IMG/VR virus record: IMGVR_UViG_3300026097_000002
DNA from: an uncultured virus (IMG/VR IMGVR_UViG_3300026097_000002)
Lineage: Duplodnaviria; Heunggongvirae; Uroviricota; Caudoviricetes; Crassvirales
Direction: 5' to 3' (one strand)
Length of the DNA: 64,000 nt
Shown one piece after another: positions 21,431 through 31,000 of the stretch (its first letter is position 1; the number at the start of each line of letters is the position of its first letter). Position numbers and translations under genes: made by a program. Under the pieces are notes generated by a model, which worked only from the letters and a program-made list of their open reading frames with translations, searched no databases and was not told where the DNA came from.

Positions 21431-22378
21431 ATGATATATTTAAGTTGCCAGCCAGCCATACCAAGATTCACTTGGGAAGTCGAAGTGTACGTGAACAACT
21501 TTATCGATATGGGTATAGACCCTAAGGACATACACGTTGTTTTAGGTACAGATGAAGGGAGCCCACAACTTCTAGAAGACTGGAAGAAACTGGAGACCTG
21601 CTATAGTGATGTAAACTTTTTCTTTTACCCAGATACAAGAGGTGTCAACACATACCAGCCGTCTCTACAGGCGCACATTTTAGAAAAACACTGGACAGCA
21701 AATCCTTGGCTAGAAAACGAAGCTATATTTTTCCACGATGCTGACTTTATTTTTACTAGACCATTTGACTTTTCGCCTTTCCTATATGACGATATATGGT
21801 ATTTATCAGATACAGTATCTTATATAGGCGCGGAGTATATAAAGTCTAAAGGAGACGAGGTGCTAAATACTATGTCAAACCTAGCAGGTATACCTGTAGA
21901 CTTTTTGTTGCAGCAGCAAAGTAATTCTGGTGGAGCACAGAAGCTAATGAAAAACGTCCCTGCGCTGTTTTGGCAAAACAGCTACAACCTTCAGATGTGT
22001 ATGTGGAGAGAGATACCACCTATATCTCAAAGAATAAAGGAGGAAAAAGACAAGGCGGGTGAGGACTACCTTATGCTTCAGCACTGGACGATGTCTATGT
22101 GGTCTGAACTATGGATGGCTTGGAAGCTTAAAAAACAAACAAGAGTTCCGAAGGAATTTAACTTTCACTTTGCTATAGATCACATAAACAGGTGGGGAGA
22201 GTACGCTTTCTTTCACAATGCTGGTGTTGTTGATGAATCTAGGGGTATATTCTTTAAAGGCAAATTCAGCGATCAGCTACCTTACGGCTACGAGATACCA
22301 AATGCAAATACAAAAGTGACCGGATGGAAGTACTTCCAGTACATACAGGAGGTAGGTAAAAAAAGTTGTTTAGTATGA
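21431..22378 (+). CDS. GT-A glycosyltransferase resembling peptidyl Ser/Hyp O-glycosyltransferases (GT96/GT95-like)
   Basis: RFTWEV, YQPSLQAHIL..HW, FFHDADFIF (DxD), WTMSMWSELW, HNAG; starts 1 nt after the nozzle stop. Confidence 0.6.
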   Translation: MIYLSCQPAIPRFTWEVEVYVNNFIDMGIDPKDIHVVLGTDEGSPQLLEDWKKLETCYSDVNFFFYPDTRGVNTYQPSLQAHILEKHWTANPWLENEAIFFHDADFIFTRPFDFSPFLYDDIWYLSDTVSYIGAEYIKSKGDEVLNTMSNLAGIPVDFLLQQQSNSGGAQKLMKNVPALFWQNSYNLQMCMWREIPPISQRIKEEKDKAGEDYLMLQHWTMSMWSELWMAWKLKKQTRVPKEFNFHFAIDHINRWGEYAFFHNAGVVDESRGIFFKGKFSDQLPYGYEIPNANTKVTGWKYFQYIQEVGKKSCLV

Positions 22379-23226
22379 AGGTAAGGTACTCTACGTTTCT
22401 AAATAACGAATACTACAACCAGTTCCTGGTTCTATATAAAAGCTTTCTACTTTACGAGCATAAACACCCTTTCAGAGTTTACAGCTGGAGCTTACTAGAT
22501 GAAGATAAGAAGCAGAACCTTAGAGATATAGGTGTTGAGGTTGTAGATGTGGTTCAGGGTGACTGGAGCTTCACGACGTACTTTAGCTTATATGGTTTTA
22601 AGTGGAAGGGCTTGCTAGAAAGCGACTGTGACGTTGAAGTACTCCTTGATGCTGATACTTTATTTTTAGACAACCTTGACGATCTTGTAGAAGCCTATGC
22701 CAACTACGAACTGGTTGTTGTTCCTGAATACGTTAGCGGCGGCAGAGCTGGAAACTTATTTAATATAGGTCTTATGGTCTGCGGGAAAAGGAGCAAGTAC
22801 CTTTTAGAAAAAAGTGTCCAGCGAATGATAGATCTTCCTTATAAGAACGGCACTGCTCCAAACACCGAAATGTTTTCTTTATGTGATATTGTACAGGAAG
22901 ACAAGGTGAATGTACTTGAGCTAGACTACAAACACTATATGCATTTATGGGGAAACCATAAACTTAAGAAGACTTTGTCAGTTGAAAATGGTAAATTTGT
23001 TGTACAAAACGAGGATGGTAGCAGGGTAAGGTTCTACCACTTCACCACGCATATAGATCCGTACCAGGGCAGCAATGTACTGCGCTTCTCTTACGAAAGT
23101 AAAACAACTAACAGGATGTGGTTTAAGAGGTTCAACAACCCAGTTGGACTCATATACAACCACCTAGATGTAAATGAAGATTTTAATACAATTAAAGAAA
23201 GTCAAGAATCATGGTCGATAAAGTAA
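22375..23226 (+). CDS. GT8-like glycosyltransferase (start ATG 22375)
   Basis: K...L...D..VLLDADTLFLDNLDDL, FNIGLMV, FYHFT; ATGA overlap with upstream gene. Confidence 0.7.
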   Translation: MKVRYSTFLNNEYYNQFLVLYKSFLLYEHKHPFRVYSWSLLDEDKKQNLRDIGVEVVDVVQGDWSFTTYFSLYGFKWKGLLESDCDVEVLLDADTLFLDNLDDLVEAYANYELVVVPEYVSGGRAGNLFNIGLMVCGKRSKYLLEKSVQRMIDLPYKNGTAPNTEMFSLCDIVQEDKVNVLELDYKHYMHLWGNHKLKKTLSVENGKFVVQNEDGSRVRFYHFTTHIDPYQGSNVLRFSYESKTTNRMWFKRFNNPVGLIYNHLDVNEDFNTIKESQESWSIK

Positions 23227-24137
23227 GGTACGCTCAGATAGATCCTAACGGGTTATGTAACGCTGGATGTTGGTTCTGTCCAGTCGCTTATCACGGAAAT
23301 CCTAAGGAGTCTGTAAACCAGATGTCTCCTGAAGATTTTAGGAATGTTATACAGCAGATACACGAGAACAAGGGCGGCATAGTTTCTGAGCAGTTCAATG
23401 GTATCTATACCTCTCACTACAATGAGGCACTTATATACGCCTACTTCGAGGAGATGCTAGAAACGCTTAGAGAGTTTAGGCTAGGTATGGTTGTGCTTAC
23501 TAACGGTACACCACTTACCCCTGCGAAAACGGATATCATAAACAAGTACCAAGACGTGGTGTGGGGAGTATGCGTTAACGCACCTATATGGACAGACGCT
23601 GAGCTTTTTGAGAAGCGAACCAATATGAAGCAGCAGCTATTCTCTAGGCTAAACGAAAACGTAAGGTACGCTGCAGATAACTTTAAAAATAAGAACCTAC
23701 TGTCTATTCAGATCAACGGTCACGACAGGGAGTCTGGAGCGCTAAAGGGTCCTAAGTTTCCTGATATATCCGCTACAGAGCTAGATGAACAGGTTGCCGC
23801 CGCTAAAGCGCTATTCCCTAACGTAAACGTATTCAAGCAGCCGCACCTAATAGATAGAGCTGGACTCATTGATGACTATATTTCATCTTCTCCGTTTATT
23901 AAGAAGGATAAAAAAGTTATAGGGTGCCAAGGTAAAAGAGATACAGAGTGGCTTCACATCAACGCTAACTCAGAGCTATTTTTATGCTGTAACGACTACC
24001 ATATGGAGCATAAGTACGGTAGCTTGAAGGAAAATAGTTTACAGGATCTGTGGATGAGCGATAAGCATAAGGAGGTTCTAAACCACGCCTGGGGTACTAT
24101 ATGTGCTCAGTGTACGTCCGCTATATGGGAGGCATAG
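23211..24137 (+). CDS. Radical SAM protein with SPASM/twitch domain
   Basis: CNAGCWFC (CxxxCxxC), LTNGT, C-terminal GC...LCCND...G...LQDLW...CAQC. Confidence 0.9.
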   Translation: MVDKVRYAQIDPNGLCNAGCWFCPVAYHGNPKESVNQMSPEDFRNVIQQIHENKGGIVSEQFNGIYTSHYNEALIYAYFEEMLETLREFRLGMVVLTNGTPLTPAKTDIINKYQDVVWGVCVNAPIWTDAELFEKRTNMKQQLFSRLNENVRYAADNFKNKNLLSIQINGHDRESGALKGPKFPDISATELDEQVAAAKALFPNVNVFKQPHLIDRAGLIDDYISSSPFIKKDKKVIGCQGKRDTEWLHINANSELFLCCNDYHMEHKYGSLKENSLQDLWMSDKHKEVLNHAWGTICAQCTSAIWEA

Positions 24138-24176
24138 TCCCTACAATTAACTATCTTTGCTTAAAATATTTGTATA

Positions 24177-25232
24177 GTGGCTAATACAGGCATAAAGAAC
24201 GTATTGACCTTAAGGAAGTATGTGAACGGGATGGCTACCAGTGAAGTTAAGAACAACGTAGCCGGCGATCCTGACTACATAGCTCCGTACCAAGATTTAG
24301 TAGACTGCCCTACAGTAATAGCAACAACCACTACTACGTCATCAACAACCACCAGCACTACCGGTACTCCTCCATCTACTACCGTAGATATTACAGGTGT
24401 TACTGCACCTATAGTTCAGGGAGATGTAGACAACTACGGCGCTACCGTAGGTGGAACCACTACCGGAGATATTACCTACACCTGGAGAGTGACTAAGGGT
24501 GAAATAACAGGCGGCACCTACGACGGTTCACTTAGAAGTGTTTTAACGGGTACCGCTGCATCTGTCCCTGACATAGAAGTAACCTGGGGTCTTTACGGAA
24601 CGGGGGCTGGTCTTATAGAGCTTGATGTCACTAGAGGTGGCGTAAGCAACTCGGACTCTGAAGCTGTAAACGTACTACCTCTTTACTATATATTCAACGC
24701 GTGTGACGGTGGAACAACTGTCATAGATCAGCTATCTACACCACCTACAATGGATCAAGGCTTAGGTCAAAGGTATGCAGACCTGTCTCAGCAAACAGCA
24801 GTATACTACGTGTGGTCTGGATTCACTCAAGCTGACTCTAGTGGATACCCTGTGGTAGATCTTCAAGCAGTTACACCAACGGCTTACGGATGCCCTAGCA
24901 CATCTACTACTACATTAGCCCCTGAGAGTATTACGATCACTGGACCATTTACCGCAGCGAGCGCTGGCGAATCTGGCATAGAGTATACTGTAACCACTGT
25001 ATATCCAACCACCGAGTGGGTGCTAACAGATCAAGCTTTAGCTGAGTTTACCCCTGTAGATATAACGATCACCACATCTACATCAGGAACTGGAACCGCA
25101 ACGTTTGAGGTTACCTTTGGTCCGTACAACGGAGATGGAACAGAGACCCTAAGATCTCAGATCATAGCTACATCAGGTAACGTTACTCCGCAGGTGTCTG
25201 GAACTATAGAAATAACTCAAGGACCAAGCTAG
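24177..25232 (+). CDS. Thr-rich structural protein paralogous to the nozzle extension (GTG start)
   Basis: DPDYIAP N-terminus, poly-Thr, PKD-like + YYIFNACDGGTTVI domain, YNGDGTETL domain; TATCTTTG box at 24152. Confidence 0.75.
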   Translation: MANTGIKNVLTLRKYVNGMATSEVKNNVAGDPDYIAPYQDLVDCPTVIATTTTTSSTTTSTTGTPPSTTVDITGVTAPIVQGDVDNYGATVGGTTTGDITYTWRVTKGEITGGTYDGSLRSVLTGTAASVPDIEVTWGLYGTGAGLIELDVTRGGVSNSDSEAVNVLPLYYIFNACDGGTTVIDQLSTPPTMDQGLGQRYADLSQQTAVYYVWSGFTQADSSGYPVVDLQAVTPTAYGCPSTSTTTLAPESITITGPFTAASAGESGIEYTVTTVYPTTEWVLTDQALAEFTPVDITITTSTSGTGTATFEVTFGPYNGDGTETLRSQIIATSGNVTPQVSGTIEITQGPS

Positions 25233-25238
25233 AGAACT

Positions 25239-25970
25239 ATGTCTTATACACTAAGCTACGACGAAAAAGTAAACGGATGGGTTTCATTCTTCTCCTACCA
25301 GCCGGAGATGATGGTCAACCTTAACAACGATATGTATAGCTTCAAGAACGGACAGCTTTATATACACGAGCAGGAGAGCTCTACCAGAAACTCGTTCTAC
25401 GGACAGCCTTCAGAACCCACAACCGTTGAGGTCATCATGAACGCATCACCTTCAGAGGTTAAGATATTCAAGACCATAGAGCTAGAGGGATTCTCTTGTA
25501 ACTGGGACGTAGAGATAGATACCAACCTAATATCAGGTCACGTGTCTAAGGAGTCGTTTAAGGATAAGGAGGGTATCTGCTACGAGTACATCAAAAGAAA
25601 CGAGGAAGATGTACTGGACACAAAACTACTGTCCGTACAAGGTGTAGGTGAGGTTTCATCTGTAAGCGGATCTACCGTTAACTTTACATCGGTACCTAAC
25701 AACATCAACGTAGGGGACTCTCTCTACTACCAGGTCATAGGAACCCCAGTAAAGGTAGGAACAATAACAGCGGTCACAGGCACCTCTGTATCAGTTGGTT
25801 CTGTACTGTCCTCTCCGTCTGTAGGCAGCTTTGCTTTCGCGGCTAAGTCGTCTGTAGCTGAGAGCTATGGTCTAAAGGGATACTACGCTAGCGTTAAGCT
25901 AACCAACGAAGACACAGGACCTGTAGAGCTATTCGCCGTAAACAGTGAGATCATCAAAAGTTTCCTCTAA
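25239..25970 (+). CDS. Detached C-terminal part of tail nozzle/stabilization protein
   Basis: TLSYDEKVNGWVSFFSY.PE...NN..YSFKNG.LY.H...KIFKTIELEG...GLKGYY...ELFAVNS, recalled as the usual C-terminal part of such proteins. Confidence 0.65.
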   Translation: MSYTLSYDEKVNGWVSFFSYQPEMMVNLNNDMYSFKNGQLYIHEQESSTRNSFYGQPSEPTTVEVIMNASPSEVKIFKTIELEGFSCNWDVEIDTNLISGHVSKESFKDKEGICYEYIKRNEEDVLDTKLLSVQGVGEVSSVSGSTVNFTSVPNNINVGDSLYYQVIGTPVKVGTITAVTGTSVSVGSVLSSPSVGSFAFAAKSSVAESYGLKGYYASVKLTNEDTGPVELFAVNSEIIKSFL

Positions 25971-26004
25971 TATTAGTATCTTTGCTTGATATAATATAAA
26001 GTAT

Positions 26005-26685
26005 ATGGCAATACCATTGATAGTTGCAGCAGGTGTAGCCGCAGCAGGTTCTATAGCACAAGCGGTCAGTGGAGCTACTAGAGCAAGCCGAGCAAGAAAG
26101 GCGCTTGAAAATTTCCAGAGACAGGAGCTAAGAAATGTTACCGAAGGGATGAGGATATCTACCTTAGGCGCAGAGCTACAGACACAAGAAGCACAGAGAA
26201 GATTTGCTACAAGCGTTGAGGCGCTTAGATCAGGCGGTGTTCGTGGTCTTGTAGGTGGACTTGGAGCTGTGGAACAGCAACAACAAGCAGCACAGCAACA
26301 GATAGCAACAGGTTTAGATGTACAGCAACAACAGATCGAGCAGATGAGAGCTCAGGATGAAGCCAATGTAAGAGCTATGCAGGAGCAGAGAGAGTCTTCT
26401 CAGATAGCGGGACTTGGAGCCGAGATGGCTGCAGGTAGACAGCAAGTTCAAGCTGGGTTACAGGGACTTGTTCAGACAGGTTTATCAGCAGCTACCATGG
26501 GATTAGGTTCAGCAGCAGGAGCAGCCTCTGGGGCGCAAGCAGCTGCAGGAGGAACAAATTTTACAGGACTTATGTCAACAGCTCAACAAGCATCGAACAT
26601 ACTTCAACAAGGAGTTCAGTTGCCGTCAGCATTCACAACTCCTAGAACAGCTATCCCTTTACCGAATCCTACAAGAAACCAATAG
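26005..26685 (+). CDS. Probable internal virion/ejection protein
   Basis: Ala/Gly/Gln-rich with hydrophobic N-terminus; TATCTTTG box at 25977. Confidence 0.6.
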   Translation: MAIPLIVAAGVAAAGSIAQAVSGATRASRARKALENFQRQELRNVTEGMRISTLGAELQTQEAQRRFATSVEALRSGGVRGLVGGLGAVEQQQQAAQQQIATGLDVQQQQIEQMRAQDEANVRAMQEQRESSQIAGLGAEMAAGRQQVQAGLQGLVQTGLSAATMGLGSAAGAASGAQAAAGGTNFTGLMSTAQQASNILQQGVQLPSAFTTPRTAIPLPNPTRNQ

Positions 26686-28020
26686 ATGGCAGCGAACAGC
26701 GGAGCATATTACGAAGGTCTACAGTACGCCAGTCAGGGTGTACAGCCTGTTAATTTTGGAGAGCTCTCTATGGGTTTTGCCAAGATAATGGAGGACAAAC
26801 GTCTAGAGGAGAAGAGAGATAGAGAGAAGCGTGAGGCTACTCAGATGGAGATGACCCGACTCTTCGGGGAAGAGATCTACTCAGCTTTTGACGGCACTGG
26901 CCTAGCCGATATAGATATCGTTAACGCAAAGATCAAGGACTCTATCGTAGCGAGAGCTAACGTAATCAATAGTATGTACGATAAGGGTGAGCTCACTAAC
27001 CCGCAGATGATGCAGGAGATGGTGAAGCTGAACGCTCAGTCAAATAAGTACGCTTCGTTTGCTAACTCTATATCTACCAAGGTAGAAGAGATACAGGAAC
27101 TTGGTGGCAACGCCTCTGAGTACACTACGTTGATGCTAGAAAGAATCGACGACCTAATGAAGAACGCGTCTCCTGTTATGGATAACGCTGGAAACCTTAA
27201 GTTCCTAACCAAGGACGGTGACGCTGTGGTTTCTAATCCATTCAATGAGCTTGAGAGACTTCTAGATGTACGTCAGAAGTACGATACCACTCCTGTTATT
27301 GAGAGTATCATTAAGTCAAGAGGTAAAGAGCGAGTTACTGAAGGAGGTGCCGTTGTAGAGAAGCTTGTTGATCTAAACGAGAACGATGAGAAGGCGATCA
27401 GAGATATAGTTAATACCTTAGACGACGCCGACAAGTTTGATATCGCTATGAGAGCAGGAGTTGAGGTTAAGAGAGACCCTAGCTCTGTGTTTAAGATCCT
27501 AAACCAAGACGAGGTTGACAGTGGCATTGTAACATATATGAAAGACCTTGCCAAGGGACGCATCGATCAGATGAAGACCGTAGACGAGGTTGCTGGAGAA
27601 CAACTTTCTATGCAACTAAACCAAGATTACAGAGCAGCTCAGAAGTTCGCTAAAGAAAATCAAGGTGCCGTCGTTAATGTCGTAGGAGATAAAGAAGAAG
27701 ATCAAGAGATACAGGTATTCCCAGCTCCAGGCAAGAATGTACTTGTTAAGTCTATTATAGTAGATAATAACGCTATACCTACAGCAAACATTGGAAGATA
27801 TGTAGTTGATAAGGATGGCAATCATAAGGCGACTATAAGTTACGTCACAACTAAAGAGGTACCGCCTGAACAAGGGAGAGGCCCTTCAACACTTAAGGAG
27901 GTTACTACCACAGAAGACATAACGATCACAGACCCTGGAACTATAAACCAGATAAGAACTCAGTTTGGCTTAGACCCTATTAAAGAGGTGGCAGCTCCAT
28001 CTAAACGTAAACCATACTAA
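26686..28020 (+). CDS. Probable internal virion (cargo) protein
   Basis: Helical ORF between ejection-like gene and giant ORF. Confidence 0.55.
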   Translation: MAANSGAYYEGLQYASQGVQPVNFGELSMGFAKIMEDKRLEEKRDREKREATQMEMTRLFGEEIYSAFDGTGLADIDIVNAKIKDSIVARANVINSMYDKGELTNPQMMQEMVKLNAQSNKYASFANSISTKVEEIQELGGNASEYTTLMLERIDDLMKNASPVMDNAGNLKFLTKDGDAVVSNPFNELERLLDVRQKYDTTPVIESIIKSRGKERVTEGGAVVEKLVDLNENDEKAIRDIVNTLDDADKFDIAMRAGVEVKRDPSSVFKILNQDEVDSGIVTYMKDLAKGRIDQMKTVDEVAGEQLSMQLNQDYRAAQKFAKENQGAVVNVVGDKEEDQEIQVFPAPGKNVLVKSIIVDNNAIPTANIGRYVVDKDGNHKATISYVTTKEVPPEQGRGPSTLKEVTTTEDITITDPGTINQIRTQFGLDPIKEVAAPSKRKPY

Positions 28021-31000
28021 TGAACGAAGAGATCTTAAAAAAGTTATACGAAAGCGCTACTTCTGTTTTCGATATGCCTAACTACGATCAGTTTGTCTTG
28101 GATATGCAGGACGAAACAAAGTTAGACGTTTTTAGAAATAGTATGTCTGAGCATTATGATATGCCAGAGATGAATCAGCTAAAAGCTGACCTCGGTTTCG
28201 TAAAAAAAAAAGAAGATACGGAGTTACCTTCAGAGGATGGTTTATCGGAGCCTCAAGACTCTGAGTTCGTTAAGAAATTTAAGTCTACGGGACTCGCTAC
28301 TCTATCGAATATAACTAGGATCCCTTCCTACCTACAGGAGCAGGTTATAACAGTAGCCGCTGCATTTGATCCTGAGCTCAAGAAAACACTAGACGAGATG
28401 TCCTTCGAGGAGCGTGAGCGCACCTTCGAAACTATGGCTAATATAAGTGGCCAATTTGCTGCAGGAACAGCTGCAAGAGAGGCTTCTGAAAACCTAAGAG
28501 TAAGATCGAACGAGATAGCTGAGACATTCAAGCAGTACGATCAGACCATAACAGAAGACATCGCCGACCTTAAACTCGGTCAGGCTACAGCAAGATTATT
28601 CTCAGAAGTAGGTGGTGCTATACCATCGATAATGCAAGCCTTTATTCCTGGTGTAGGTATAGCTTCTATAGCGGCTGGAACAGCTGCAGAGAAAAGTAGA
28701 GAGCTGCAGGAAGAAGGTGCTGATCTTGGGCTAAAAACATCTGCTACAGCTGCGTTATATGGAGCTGCGGAAGGAGCTCTAGAAACGGTAACCAGAGGTA
28801 TAGGTAAGAAATTCTTCAAGTCCCTTGCAGGAAAGTCTAGCGAATTTATTGAAGGTACACTTAATAGCTTCTTTAAAGAAACAGCTAAGGACTTCGCGCT
28901 AGAGGGTAGCTCGGAGCTCGGTACAGAGCTTTTACAGAATCTTACAGACCTAGCTATACAGGGTGATGAGGAAGCATTCGACAAGAAGTGGCAGGAGTAC
29001 GCAGATATATTTATCATAGGTGGTCTCGCTACAGCACCTATCAGTGGAGCTACTCAAGGAGCTAATATAACAAGACAGACACTTCAGAAGAGAGCTATCG
29101 ATAGAAAACTTGAGACATCTAAGTACGACGATCTTGTGGATATGTTCAGTAACCCTGAGGTAGATCAAGATACAGAGGACCTAGCTGTACCGCAGACAAA
29201 GAAGTTCTTAAAGTTCCAGCTTGATCAGAAGGTGTTGGATGGAGATATCACTCGTGAAGACGCTGATAAGGCGCTAAAGAACTATGAGGATGCTACATAT
29301 ATTAAGAACGAGTTCAGTGGTCTAGAGATACCAACCGAGAACAGATCTAAGGTAGCTGCATTGCTACTAGAGAAACGCGATCTAAAATCTAAGATAGCAG
29401 GAAAAGAACCAGCCCTTGTGTCTAAGGAGATCGAAAGATTCCAGAGCATAGATGGAGAGATAAAGTCATTGCTAGAGGCAGCTCCTGCCGTAGCAGAGAC
29501 CGAAATAGAACAAGCTGCTCCTGCTGTAGCACCAACCGTAACTCAGCAAGCACCTCAGACGGTAGAAGAGGCTCTTAACAGACCTGTCACGTTAACGTCT
29601 TTAGGAGGATCAGCTCTAGAAACTCCAATCGAAGGAGACCTATACGTAGAGGGTCAGCAGGTAGTTGTAGAGGACGAAGCTGGAAACATAACAGAGCTAG
29701 GTAACGTAGATGAGATATCATCTAGCACGCTTGAGTCTATTGGTATTCAGGTAGCAGAGCCAGCCGTTAAGCCTATGACCGACGGTAACCTTATGTTCGA
29801 GGACAGGTTGCTTATCAGCGACAAGAAAGGTATCAAGAGAAACAAGAGAGGTGAAATATCTCGCGTAACCCTTCGTGAGGAAGGTGGAGCTTTCGTAACT
29901 TTACGCGGAGCTAACGCTGAGCAGGCAGCCTATCAGATACTACTAAGAGAAGCCACCTCACCAGAGCAGGCTGAATTTATAAACCAACAACTAGAACAGG
30001 ATGAAGAATTCCAAAACGAATTTAGAGAAGCTACAGAGCCTACCGCTCCAGAAGCAGCTCAAGTACCTCAGCAAGTTGCAGGAAACAGGCTCAGAAACGA
30101 GCCCCTACCGGACGCGACAAGAATTAGCGATAAGCTTGCAGAAAGAACTGGCAGAGATCGACCAAGAACTGAAAACCTTAAGAGGTTAGACGAGGAGAAG
30201 TCTAAAAGAATATCTGACGCGTTTGACGCGTTAACAGAGACCCCTGCTGATCCGAGAACCGTAGAGTCTTATGAAGCGCTAGCTAACGAGACCTTAGAGC
30301 AGTACCAGTCTATTATAGATGAGGGATACAGCGTGATCATTGATAACGCAGAGCCTTACGAGAACTCTCAGGACATGATAAGTGACCTCAGGGACAACAA
30401 GAGAATGAAGATATTCTCTACGGAGGCTGGGTTCGGAGACACAGCTATCACAGAAGAGCAGAGAGCTTCTAACCCAATGCTCAGAGACAGTGGCCTTACC
30501 GACGCTAACGGTCAACCGCTGCTTGTAAACGACGTATTTAGATTCGTACACGACTTCTTTGGACACGCCAAGGTAGGAAACTCATTTGGTCCAAGAGGAG
30601 AAGAGATCGCCTGGCAGGTACACTCTCAGATGTACTCACCTACAGCCAGAAGAGCGATGACCACAGAGACAAGGGGACAGAACTCTTGGGTTAACTTTTC
30701 TGGCGTAAACGACAAAGCTTTCGCTATAAGAGATGAAGCTAGAGCTCTAAGAGCTGAGGCTAATAGAACCACTGATGTAAACGAAAAGATCCGACTACTA
30801 GAGGAGGCTAAGAAGAAAACCGAGCAAGCCTACGACACCATGAAGTTCGCTGACCAGAAGATCGGTCTACTTCCTGATGAGTTCGTATTCGAGGAGGTAA
30901 CTCAGGATCCTATTCAGGTAGAGGTAGATAAGCTATCAGATATACTAGGAACCAAGAACGTTCAAGAACGTGTAGATAATGCCGTTAAGGCGCTATCTAA

